Shown here piece by piece: positions 9,594-18,014 of a stretch of DNA of 64,000 nucleotides (positions are counted from its first letter, which is position 1; the number at the start of each line of letters is the position of its first letter). The DNA comes from Candidatus Kuenenbacteria bacterium (GTDB lineage Bacteria > Patescibacteriota > Patescibacteriia > UBA11705 > JABHMO01). Below the pieces are notes generated by a model, which was given only the letters and a program-made list of their open reading frames with translations, searched no databases and was not told the origin of the DNA. Location: positions 2,327 through 66,326 of the forward strand of contig JABMRF010000023.1 in NCBI GenBank assembly GCA_013202715.1, read 5' to 3'. A program made the translations under genes and the position numbers.

Positions 9594-9662
9594 TGAACCA
9601 CTCGCTTCTTTTAAGGAAGGGGGTGGTTTTTGTTTCTAAAGAAGCTCGGGTTCATGGCAAGC

Positions 9663-9700
9663 AAAAAAAAACGATGAACTTATGTTCGTCGTTTTTTTTT
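9663..9700. terminator. Bidirectional intrinsic terminator
   Basis: A-tract-CGATGAAC-ttat-GTTCGTCG-T-tract. Confidence 0.75.
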
Positions 9701-9839
9701 ATTCTACAATCCTTGTCGACCATGCTCGTCATAATTTTTTGTTTTTTGCTATGAGACAATGTTTGCTTTTAAAAATCTTGACGAGTGGGGATAACATTTT
9801 TCTGGAAGAGAACGAAATAAATTGGCACAATGGTAATAT

Positions 9840-10382
9840 ATGTATAATGGCAGAGAACGAAAATTAAACCGTGCTAAATCTATTGATTATTCATTGCCGG
9901 GATTTTATTATTTAACGTTTTTAACAAAAAATCGGCTTGAATGGTTTGGAGAAATTAAAAACAACAAAATGGTTTTGAATGAATGGGGAAAAATTGTTTG
10001 CCGTCAATTATTATGGCTGGAACAACAATATGATCATGTGCGTTTGGATGAATGGATCATAATGCCAAATCATGTACATGTGATCGTCGAAATCCTTCAC
10101 GCATCGAACCCCACGCCTGTAAGGAACGGTCGCGACCGTTCCTTACAGGCGTGGGGAGACCGTGACCGTCGAGTACAGGAAAAAAAGAGAAAACCCATCC
10201 CCGAATTAATCGGTGCATTAAAAACCACATCATCCAAATGGATACATCGGAATGGTTTGTTTGAATTCAAATGGCATAAATCATATCATGACCGTGTCCT
10301 GCGCAGTCAATCCGAATTGGAACACGCTCGCTGGTATATTCGCACCAATCCTGGTCGCTGGCATCGCGACCGCAACAATTAA
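9840..10382 (+). mobile_element. Second RAYT (Y1/HUH) transposase with an intragenic REP palindrome
   Basis: DYSLPGFYYLTFLTKNR, IIMPNHVHVIV (HUH), WHKSYHDRVLR, YIRTNPGRW. Confidence 0.88.
10109..10156. repeat. 48-bp perfect palindrome around a GTAAG-type REP core, in frame within the RAYT
   Basis: ccccacgccTGTAAGGAACGGTCG|CGACCGTTCCTTACAggcgtgggg. Confidence 0.9.
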
Positions 10383-10453
10383 TCCCGCCGTTAGCGGGAT
10401 TAAAAAAGAAAGCTCTTTCCAAAAAGCTTTCTTCACTTCATTATTTTCAACTA

Positions 10454-11836
10454 TTACTTTATAATCACAAAATCTTTCTTAATTCCCATTTCTACCATTA
10501 TGAGATCATCCCAGGCATATCTGTCTTTACCTTCCAAAACAAGATCCAGATTACGTTCAAACCAGGGCTGAAGATTTTCGTAGCCGTGATTTGAAATAAT
10601 ATAACGCACAGAGCTTTGTAATTTGTAATAGTCGTCTTTCGGAACTAGCTTTTCACCGGTAGAAATTTTGTCGTCAACTAAAATCTGATGTTTTTCCAAT
10701 AATGCCTGCAGTTGATTTAATTGAGAGTTTTTCGAAATTTCAAACATTCCCCACGGGCCGAATAAACTTAGAATCAAAATCACGCAAATTGAAATTGGAA
10801 TAATTTTAATGGAAGCTTTTTTCCAAATCGCAAACAATAGGCCGATTCCCAAAAGCCAAATACCCATTAAGACAACCAAGTATCTGCGCTCAGTCACACC
10901 ATAATCATTGATCCTGATCTTAATCGCCCAGAACAAAATTCCGGTCAGAGGAACAATGGCAATAAACAGCGCGCGATAAAATATCCGTAGCCATTTACTT
11001 TTATTTTTGTACGCCCAAATAATTAAACAAGTAATAATTCCGAAAATCGAAAAACCAATAATTAACGAAGCGACAATCCCCTTTGGCCATTCACCTGTAA
11101 ATAAAATTTTTATTGAATACACATAAACGATCAAAAAGTACAAACAAACGATTGGGACTAACAAATACTTGCCAATTGCCTTGATCCAAACCGGAGGCTC
11201 TGACTTCTCTGCCAAAGATCTTATTTTCTTCGGAACAAATAACAAGAAAAAATGCACAGCAGCAAATACTACTAAAATAATCCAGATTGTGAAAAATATA
11301 TTTTCGGAGAGATTGAAAACAAACAACTTTGAGACGGCCAGCAAAGCAATTGACAGAGCGCCAAACACAAAGCCGGAAATGGCGCCCGTGATCACAAACA
11401 TAATAGCCAGATTTTTTACAAAATGCCAAAAATACTCGTCATTATTTTTGGTTAAATAGCCGATAAATAAAACACTTAAGCAAAAACAGCCGAATAGTAT
11501 CATGTAACGCGCAACATCGCGAGTCAATTCATCATTGTTCACACCGGGTAAAATAAAATAATACAATCCCAAGAAAACAATTCCTGTAGCGCGAACCAAC
11601 CACTTTTGCCACAACTTCCAATTTTGCTGTTCCAAAAATAAAGCTATTGCTAAAAATAACAGTATTCCCAAAAGGCAAAGCAAAAACAGCTTCATCATAA
11701 CCGGATATTCATATTCAAATAAGACCCAGCAGACACCGAGAATTGTTCCGAAAAGTGAACTTAGGCTGACCAGTGGAAACCGGAAAACTGTGCTGATTAA
11801 ATTTTGTAGATTGAAGTTTTGTTTCAGGGTAGTCAT
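10454..11836 (-). CDS. DUF4153-like polytopic membrane protein
   Basis: RFPL N-terminus, about 11 TM helices, RINDYGVTERRY, FGPWGMF..S..SQ. Confidence 0.8.
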   Translation of the reverse strand: MTTLKQNFNLQNLISTVFRFPLVSLSSLFGTILGVCWVLFEYEYPVMMKLFLLCLLGILLFLAIALFLEQQNWKLWQKWLVRATGIVFLGLYYFILPGVNNDELTRDVARYMILFGCFCLSVLFIGYLTKNNDEYFWHFVKNLAIMFVITGAISGFVFGALSIALLAVSKLFVFNLSENIFFTIWIILVVFAAVHFFLLFVPKKIRSLAEKSEPPVWIKAIGKYLLVPIVCLYFLIVYVYSIKILFTGEWPKGIVASLIIGFSIFGIITCLIIWAYKNKSKWLRIFYRALFIAIVPLTGILFWAIKIRINDYGVTERRYLVVLMGIWLLGIGLLFAIWKKASIKIIPISICVILILSLFGPWGMFEISKNSQLNQLQALLEKHQILVDDKISTGEKLVPKDDYYKLQSSVRYIISNHGYENLQPWFERNLDLVLEGKDRYAWDDLIMVEMGIKKDFVIIK

Positions 11837-11946
11837 ATGCTTTTGTAAATAATAAAACTATATCAATACCATATCAATTTTGCCAAGGATAAGCAAGTTA
11901 CCACTAATTCGTATTACTTGCTAAGATACTAAATTTAGAGCAGCTC

Positions 11947-11975
11947 TTGACAAATAATAAAATTTATACTATAAT
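11947..11975 (+). promoter_or_regulatory. Perfect sigma70 promoter TTGACA-N17-TATAAT
   Basis: Exact consensus. Confidence 0.85.
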
Positions 11976-12093
11976 ACCTGGTCAGTTATTCACGGTGAAT
12001 GGCTGACAAACCGAGCTTACTTTTCTACTGCAAATCCTTTGTGGAAAACAAAGAGAGCTTGCTGATTGAAAAGTAAAAAATGGAGGTTGTGTT

Positions 12094-12621
12094 ATGGAAG
12101 GTGTCATTGCTATCATTGTAATTGGAGTTATTGTTGTTGCCGTATCTATTTTTGCAATCCGTTTCAAAAGAAGTCTTAACAGCATGATGTATGATTCACG
12201 CGTGGTAATTGAAAACGCATTTGCCGCGGCAAAGGACAAACTGAACGAAAAGACATTTGTTATCGCCATTCACACGACAAAGTCGGCCAGAACCGACATT
12301 GAAAACATTGTCATTCAAGAACTCAAGAAACTGGGTGCCAAGATTCTACTGCTGACAAACGCGGAATGGAAAACCCTGCGAAGTGGTGACCTCGCAATTC
12401 TCAAAAACGATAAGGCCGAATTGGCAATTATCGGTTGCGTGAGGCAAAACTTCTACGACAAAGACTTTTTCAGTTTTCACAAGAATGAAGCAGAAAAACC
12501 CGTCCTTGATTTCAAAGTCGTAAATAAGGATGGTGAAATCATCCACCTGGATGTCGTTGAATCCTTTTTCGAACAGCTGACCGCCAGAGCTGCGGCCGCT
12601 TCCATCGCCAACGCATTGTAA
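12094..12621 (+). CDS. Hypothetical N-terminally anchored membrane protein
   Basis: GGAGG SD, N-terminal TM, own promoter. Confidence 0.7.
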   Translation: MEGVIAIIVIGVIVVAVSIFAIRFKRSLNSMMYDSRVVIENAFAAAKDKLNEKTFVIAIHTTKSARTDIENIVIQELKKLGAKILLLTNAEWKTLRSGDLAILKNDKAELAIIGCVRQNFYDKDFFSFHKNEAEKPVLDFKVVNKDGEIIHLDVVESFFEQLTARAAAASIANAL

Positions 12622-12675
12622 ATAAAACCTTCCGCCCCGGGACAATACTCGCGGCGGATTTTTTTATTTAAAAAC

Positions 12676-12705
12676 AAAAAGCCCCTGAACTATTCAGGGA
12701 CTTTT
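12676..12705. terminator. Bidirectional terminator between convergent genes
   Basis: AAAAAG-CCCCTGAA-cta-TTCAGGGA-CTTTT. Confidence 0.7.
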
Positions 12706-12713
12706 CATTATTC

Positions 12714-12902
12714 TTACTTAGCAGCAAAAAGATTGCAATGGCCTTCCGGCGGACAAGCGCCAAACGCTTCAAGAGCTGCTTCAAATGTTTTGTCTTCCGG
12801 AACGCAGGCAGTCTTGCCACCTTGCTCCTGAAACAATTTACAGTTCTTACATTGAGTTGCTTCATCCTTCCAACTGTCAACAAAATTTACATCATCAGAC
12901 AT
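12714..12902 (-). CDS. Small Cys-rich, HiPIP-like metal/Fe-S binding protein
   Basis: CKNCKLF...C...C..EGHCNLFAAK. Confidence 0.55.
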   Translation of the reverse strand: MSDDVNFVDSWKDEATQCKNCKLFQEQGGKTACVPEDKTFEAALEAFGACPPEGHCNLFAAK

Positions 12903-12974
12903 ATTGATTTAGCGAGAGAGACAATGCAAGCAAGAAAATTCTATTATCATGCCAACTTGCCAACTCGCAGTTAC

Positions 12975-13190
12975 TTAATCTTTGGAAATTTTAGTTAAAA
13001 AATGATCAATGGCTTCGGCCTTGATAAGATTCAAACCCGTACCATCTTTTCTTTTAACAACGATCAGCTTGTCTCCTTTATCAATCCCCAACTCTCTTCG
13101 AAGATCAATCGGGATTGCAAGCTGACCCTTGTCAGTCAAAGTTACCATACCGTAAAATAATTTTTTTTTTGTACAAACACCTTTTTTCAT
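12975..13190 (-). CDS. AbrB/MazE/SpoVT-family DNA-binding protein
   Basis: TLTDKGQLAIPIDLRRELGIDKGDKL. Confidence 0.9.
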   Translation of the reverse strand: MKKGVCTKKKLFYGMVTLTDKGQLAIPIDLRRELGIDKGDKLIVVKRKDGTGLNLIKAEAIDHFLTKISKD

Positions 13191-13253
13191 ATTTTTGCTT
13201 GCCCTGAACCGTCTAAGAAAGACGAAGACTGGTTTAGGGTTTATTTAAGATTT

Positions 13254-13300
13254 GTAAGATATTACATACTTATCTTACTACACTTTTCAAAATCTGTCAA
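13254..13300 (-). promoter_or_regulatory. Promoter TTGACA-N17-TAAGAT with overlapping GTAAGAT-N11-ATCTTAC palindrome (likely AbrB autoregulatory operator)
   Basis: Inverted repeat overlaps the -10; extra TAAGAT copy adjacent. Confidence 0.6.
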
Positions 13301-13426
13301 GACCCTGAGCGACGATAAGGAGTCGAAGAGCAAGTGTTTTCGAGCTTTTTGTCTAAATTAACAAGAATCAATCAAAAAACCCCGCCTCGAGCACTGTCGA
13401 GAGGCGAGGTTCTTTATATTTACTAA

Positions 13427-14416
13427 TTATTCTAAAGTTTTCAACACCGCCACCCTCTGCTCGTCAGTTAAACCAAGTGACTTTAACTTGTCATCCGCCT
13501 CTGCCTTTTCAATTTCTTGTAACTCTGCATAAACTCCTGCCACAGCCATAGTTTTATCCTGCAAAACTCTACCAAGTTTTCTCAATTCAACAGGAACTTC
13601 GACTTTCTTTTTAGCTTCCGGTTTTTCATAAACATACTCGTCGCCCTTCAAAACAATGCCCGCAGCTTGATCACCGCCTCTTCTTCCCTGGATCGCGCCA
13701 AGTAGTGCCGGCAATGCTTTTTCCAATTCATTCAAAGTAGCAATTTGTTTATCAGCTTTTTTCTTAATTTCTTGGACCTTTGGATCTTCCATGTCGCTGT
13801 CTTCATCGTAACCTGCGCCTTTATCCGCTCGATTCAACGCAAAAATCATGCGCATTTTTTCGATCAATTCATCATCACCAGGAATTCCCTCCGCCAGCGC
13901 GACAAATTTATCATAAGATTTTAATCCCTTACCTTTTGGTTCTTTTTCTTTCTCAAAATTGTTTACCAAATTCAGGGCTGCAACGTGCAGACCCGCCATC
14001 TTCGCTACAAAATCTATTTCTTCTAAACTTAATTCAAAATGTTTTGGCAAAAGCTCTCTCAGCATTCTCTCACTTTCTCCTTCATGCCCAACATACTGCC
14101 GTTTTTCCGCATCTTTTGGATGAACTTGCTGCCCTTCCGGCGAAGCCTTTCCAAGATCATGCGTTTTTCCGGCTAATATTAAAAGATTACGTTTTTTTTC
14201 CGGCAACCCAGCCACAAATTCATCTGACTCCAAGTTGCTGACCAGTTTTTTGGTATGATCATCCAAAGTTAATGAATGATAATCACTACGCTGGTCAAGT
14301 CCTTTCATGGCAGCTACTTCCGGAATTGCCGCTTCTAATTGTTCATAACTGGCATCTGCGCCAAATTTTTTGTCTTCAGGAGTTGGTGTGCCTCCCCCCA
14401 TCATTTTTTCTGACAT
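13427..14416 (-). CDS. HD-domain phosphohydrolase with MSEKMMG leader
   Basis: YHSLTLDDHT, THDLGK, YVGHE, GLHV, RADK match the HD motif series seen in CCA-adding-enzyme-type HD domains. Confidence 0.75.
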   Translation of the reverse strand: MSEKMMGGGTPTPEDKKFGADASYEQLEAAIPEVAAMKGLDQRSDYHSLTLDDHTKKLVSNLESDEFVAGLPEKKRNLLILAGKTHDLGKASPEGQQVHPKDAEKRQYVGHEGESERMLRELLPKHFELSLEEIDFVAKMAGLHVAALNLVNNFEKEKEPKGKGLKSYDKFVALAEGIPGDDELIEKMRMIFALNRADKGAGYDEDSDMEDPKVQEIKKKADKQIATLNELEKALPALLGAIQGRRGGDQAAGIVLKGDEYVYEKPEAKKKVEVPVELRKLGRVLQDKTMAVAGVYAELQEIEKAEADDKLKSLGLTDEQRVAVLKTLE

Positions 14417-14430
14417 AAAATTATAATTAT

Positions 14431-15840
14431 TTATTTTTTAAAGTCTTCAAATACTTTTTTGAAGTCTTCTTCATTTAATAAAGAAGTTCTGGAAGCTGCA
14501 ATCAAAGAGCCGCCAGCCACTAACACTGTTGGATCTTTGGTAATAATATCATCTGCATCAACTTCACCTGAAGCAACTTTGTCATTTAGGCCAAAAAACG
14601 CTTCTCTATCCGCTTGCCCTTCCCAACCGTCAACCATTTTTTGTTCATCTTCAGTTTTTTCCGGCTTGGCAATAATCGCATCTCTTTTTTGTTTTTCCGC
14701 TTTTATTAAAGCTAGACAAATTGCGCTCAAATCCATAACATTGGCCATGTCAGGTGTAATCCCAATATCATAATTATCGCCAAATGCTCTGTCTTCACCC
14801 GCGTAAACCGCAACAACTGTGTCTGGGCTAACTCGGTTGTAAGCCATATTTGTAAAGACAAGCGGTTTTTTGCTGGAGCCAATCACAACATTCACCTCAA
14901 TATCATTTCCTTCTTTGTCTTTAATTATCATTTTCCCTTTTTCCGCCTTTTCAAACTCCTCTAAAAATTCTTCAAATGCTGCTTTTAAATTTTCCCGACC
15001 CTGACCAACCACTTCTTGCAATTCCGGAGACAACTCAAGTTTTGTAACATCAGTCGCTATATCAAAATTTGAATCTTTAATTTTTTCAGCATTGGCCGCA
15101 TTAATCAATTCAAAAATCATTTCATTACGCATGTTTTCATATTTTGCCTGAATTTCTTGAAGTTTTTTTACTCCCTCTGCGTTCAATCTCCCGTCTTCAC
15201 CTTTCATTTCCGGATTACCAAAAACTTCCTTACCAAGCTCTGCCCGGCCTCTGTCGCTAAGCAAACTTTTGATCGCGGAAGCCGTTCCCGGTAAACTGGA
15301 GGCATATTGTTCAGGATCAAGTCTGCTCAATCCATAATCTTCAATATTGGTAACTTTTGCCAGATCCTCAGCAATCACCGGCATTTCACCATTTTCAATT
15401 AAACTGCGGGTCAAATATGATGAAGCAATAGCGTCTAAATCACTCTCAAAATGAGTTTCAACTTTGGTAATGCTTTTTTCTTTAATTAACTGCAAAACCG
15501 CATCAGGATAATCAAAAACCATTTGAGTTGAACACTTTCTTGAATCAACTCCTTTGGCGCTAAAAAAAGCATCTATAGAATGGTGATCAATTGCACCGGC
15601 CAAGATACTTTCTTTATAAATATTATCAATGTCTTCCTGACTAAATTCTGTTTTATCTTTGTGTTTTTTCAAAAATTCTGTAAACACACCTGTGTCAGTA
15701 ATCAAAGACCCTTGCGCTAATTTTTCTTCAAGGTTAATTATAGCGCCCTTTGGCAAAGACGGTAGACACCCTTCATATTTTATAGGTGTAAATTCTTGTT
15801 TTTCCGGAGTTGGTCCGGCTCCCATCATTTTTTCTGACAT
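14431..15840 (-). CDS. Permuted DHH-like phosphoesterase with MSEKMMG leader
   Basis: GAIDHH followed by CST and THFESDLDAIASSYL (DHH precedes H-x3-DxD). Confidence 0.55.
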   Translation of the reverse strand: MSEKMMGAGPTPEKQEFTPIKYEGCLPSLPKGAIINLEEKLAQGSLITDTGVFTEFLKKHKDKTEFSQEDIDNIYKESILAGAIDHHSIDAFFSAKGVDSRKCSTQMVFDYPDAVLQLIKEKSITKVETHFESDLDAIASSYLTRSLIENGEMPVIAEDLAKVTNIEDYGLSRLDPEQYASSLPGTASAIKSLLSDRGRAELGKEVFGNPEMKGEDGRLNAEGVKKLQEIQAKYENMRNEMIFELINAANAEKIKDSNFDIATDVTKLELSPELQEVVGQGRENLKAAFEEFLEEFEKAEKGKMIIKDKEGNDIEVNVVIGSSKKPLVFTNMAYNRVSPDTVVAVYAGEDRAFGDNYDIGITPDMANVMDLSAICLALIKAEKQKRDAIIAKPEKTEDEQKMVDGWEGQADREAFFGLNDKVASGEVDADDIITKDPTVLVAGGSLIAASRTSLLNEEDFKKVFEDFKK

Positions 15841-15878
15841 AAAATTTGTGTTATTTTTTGTAATTTATTACTTATATT

Positions 15879-16367
15879 TTATTCTTTCATCGCTAACATT
15901 TTAGTAAAAGCTCTTTTCATAGCTTTTTTAATTTCACCAGTACTAGTTAATCTAAACCCCCATCCATCATGACCGGTTGAATAACCTATTGTTTCACCAA
16001 AAAAACTGACTTCTCCTTCTTCATGATCATCATAATCTTCTGAAGACTTTGTTACGCTTCTGTTCAACAAAGAACTTGCATCAACTTTTACATTCATCTT
16101 CCGAGCTACCAAACTAAAAATACTTTCCAACTCATCCTCCAAGTGAAAACCCATACCAAAAGAACTACGCATTTCTTCAAATGCCTCCAATTCTTTATCT
16201 GCCCAATCAGCTATTTGGTCAATGTTTTTCACTGAAAACTCGACTTTATTGAATTCATCTTCATCTAAACATAAACCTAAATCATCATAGCTTTCTTCAG
16301 CTACTTCTTTTTCATGTTCATTCTCTACCTCCGGGCTTGGATCATTACCCATTGTAGGATCTTTCAT
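15879..16367 (-). CDS. Acidic hypothetical protein with MKDPTMGNDPSPE leader
   Basis: 162-aa ORF tightly packed in the cluster. Confidence 0.7.
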   Translation of the reverse strand: MKDPTMGNDPSPEVENEHEKEVAEESYDDLGLCLDEDEFNKVEFSVKNIDQIADWADKELEAFEEMRSSFGMGFHLEDELESIFSLVARKMNVKVDASSLLNRSVTKSSEDYDDHEEGEVSFFGETIGYSTGHDGWGFRLTSTGEIKKAMKRAFTKMLAMKE

Positions 16368-16382
16368 AAATTTTAATTATTT

Positions 16383-16844
16383 TTATTCGTTTAATACTTT
16401 TTCCGCTTCTTGATTTTCATCTTCTAATCCTTTGATTCGTTTTTTTCTTTCTTCAATTCTACTTCGAATTAGCTCCATTGCTTTTTCCTTGCTTATAAAA
16501 GATACTTCTTTCTCGTCAACATCATAATTGGCTTCAACCTCTCTATATAGCCACAATTCATCAGATAACTTTTTTAATTCATCTACGTGATTATTCCCGC
16601 CGTCCCCAACGTCCAAAGAGGGAATATTGTCACAATCAAATTCAAAAAAATTGTCTAACTCATGAATTGCATCACTATCCTCTGCTGGAAATCGCCCCAT
16701 GTCGTCACTTGAAGGATATTTTCCATTGTTTCTTTTTAACATCTCATGAAAATCACGCTCCAATCCTCTGGCGCGACCAATTAGCTCTTTATTTTGTTCT
16801 TCCTCATTTGAAGAAGGTGTTTGGTTCCAATTTTCTACTGACAT
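16383..16844 (-). CDS. Acidic hypothetical protein with C-terminal coiled coil
   Basis: 153-aa ORF, first gene of the cluster; extended -10 TGgTAGAAT upstream. Confidence 0.7.
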   Translation of the reverse strand: MSVENWNQTPSSNEEEQNKELIGRARGLERDFHEMLKRNNGKYPSSDDMGRFPAEDSDAIHELDNFFEFDCDNIPSLDVGDGGNNHVDELKKLSDELWLYREVEANYDVDEKEVSFISKEKAMELIRSRIEERKKRIKGLEDENQEAEKVLNE

Positions 16845-16901
16845 AGATTTGTTTGTTAATTGTTAAGTATACCCCTATTCTACCATCTATTTAAAATAAA
16901 T

Positions 16902-17099
16902 GAAAAGCCCCTCTTTTTGTTGGACTCTTCACTCTTTGGAAGCTATGAATAACATAGTTTCTACTGCAATTCCCAAATTTTTACTGCAAATTGGTAAAAG
17001 CTTGTCAGCGTAATTTTATCATTATGCTTCCTCGCTTTTAACAATTTTCGTTTTAAAATTTGAAAATTTCGTTACGAAGCTATGTTATTCATATCTTCC
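16902..17099 (-). ncRNA. Candidate stand-alone rod-shaped ncRNA (6S-like?) with terminator
   Basis: 24-bp closing stem 16938-16961/17076-17099 (22/24 pairs), three further nested stems, perfect promoter upstream, terminator hairpin 16902-16930, no long ORF. Confidence 0.6.
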
Positions 17100-17104
17100 T
17101 ATAC

Positions 17105-17133
17105 ATTATAGCAAACTTTTTAGATTTTGTCAA
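17105..17133 (-). promoter_or_regulatory. Perfect sigma70 promoter TTGACA-N17-TATAAT with TG extension
   Basis: Predicted start ~17099 coincides with the 5' end of the hairpin. Confidence 0.85.
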
Positions 17134-17176
17134 GACCTTGAGCCTGCCTGACAGCAGTCAGGCTTGTCGAAAGGTC
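17134..17176. repeat. Nested REP-like hairpins
   Basis: GACCTTGAG[CCTGCCTGACAGCAGTCAGG]CTTGTCGAAAGGTC. Confidence 0.7.
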
Positions 17177-17288
17177 AAGCTAATTTGATAAATTTTGACC
17201 TCTGGATAACCTCCTTTTATTTGAGATAGAATTATGATAAGATGTAGTTGTGTGATTTACTTGCAACTTTACAAAAAGGGAGGTCAAT

Positions 17289-17873
17289 ATGGATACTGAT
17301 TTCATTGATGGAATATCTGAGGAATTTGCAACAGCAATATACACAGAAATGAAGTTATCGTTGTTTGACGATATCGAACCAAAAACTGCTATTTGGCTTT
17401 TACAGCAATTCACGCGAAAAACCTATTCGCTGGACGAAACAATGATGATGGAAGGAGAGGTCGGCAATGAGCTCTTCATCCTTCTTTCCGGTGAGGCTGC
17501 TATCAAGGTGGGCGGAGACACCGTGCACAAGTTCAAAAAAGGAGCTATCATCGGTGAAAGTGGCTTAGCCAAAAAAACCGTTCGGCGTACCGCGACCGTC
17601 TTGGCTGGAAGCAGTAAAATTCAAGTCCTGGTACTTACACGAGAAAAACTTGATGACATCAAAATCGCAATGCCACTTATCTACGCAGAAATCTGCAGGA
17701 ACATTGCGGACATGACCATTGAAAAGCTGGGCTTTGCAAATGACACAATCCAGCGAAAAATTGAAGAAACAACCGTAGCGAAAAGAAAAACCGTAGAAGC
17801 AACAAGGGAACTTGAACACAGAAATTGGTTGAGTCGACTGGCTGCCACACTTGGCTTCAGTCAAGGACAATAG
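17289..17873 (+). CDS. Cyclic-nucleotide-binding domain protein (no HTH)
   Basis: EGEVGNELFILLSG...GAIIGESGL...RRTATV phosphate-binding cassette; GGAGG SD. Confidence 0.85.
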   Translation: MDTDFIDGISEEFATAIYTEMKLSLFDDIEPKTAIWLLQQFTRKTYSLDETMMMEGEVGNELFILLSGEAAIKVGGDTVHKFKKGAIIGESGLAKKTVRRTATVLAGSSKIQVLVLTREKLDDIKIAMPLIYAEICRNIADMTIEKLGFANDTIQRKIEETTVAKRKTVEATRELEHRNWLSRLAATLGFSQGQ

Positions 17874-17948
17874 TTTCTTTTGAAAATTAGAAGGCGCTCC
17901 TCACCGAGTCGCCTTTTTTCTTTGGTAAAAATATGGTAAAATGTAACT

Positions 17949-18006
17949 AGTCAATAGTCTAGAGTCCGTTAGGTAACTTTTGACTTTTGACCCTAGACTC
18001 AAGACT
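17949..18006. repeat. Heptamer-periodic AGTCnAn / TnGACT inverted repeat element
   Basis: agtcaatagtctagagtc...acttttgacttttgaccctagactcaagact; relatives at 22603, 36989, 48928, 53563. Confidence 0.8.
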
Positions 18007-18014
18007 AAAAAAAT

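Noticed and set aside
9506-9867. ORF-track ORFs 9506..9754 and 9682..9867
   Set aside because: They overlap tRNA-Gln and terminators; no protein-like features.
9520-10382. Prophage or integrative element at tRNA-Gln
   Set aside because: No integrase, no convincing direct att duplication, no phage genes; the neighbour is a RAYT.
12020-12080. c-di-GMP-I riboswitch
   Set aside because: GCAAA and a GAAA-like loop are present, but the second conserved stem and the GCAAAGC motif are missing.
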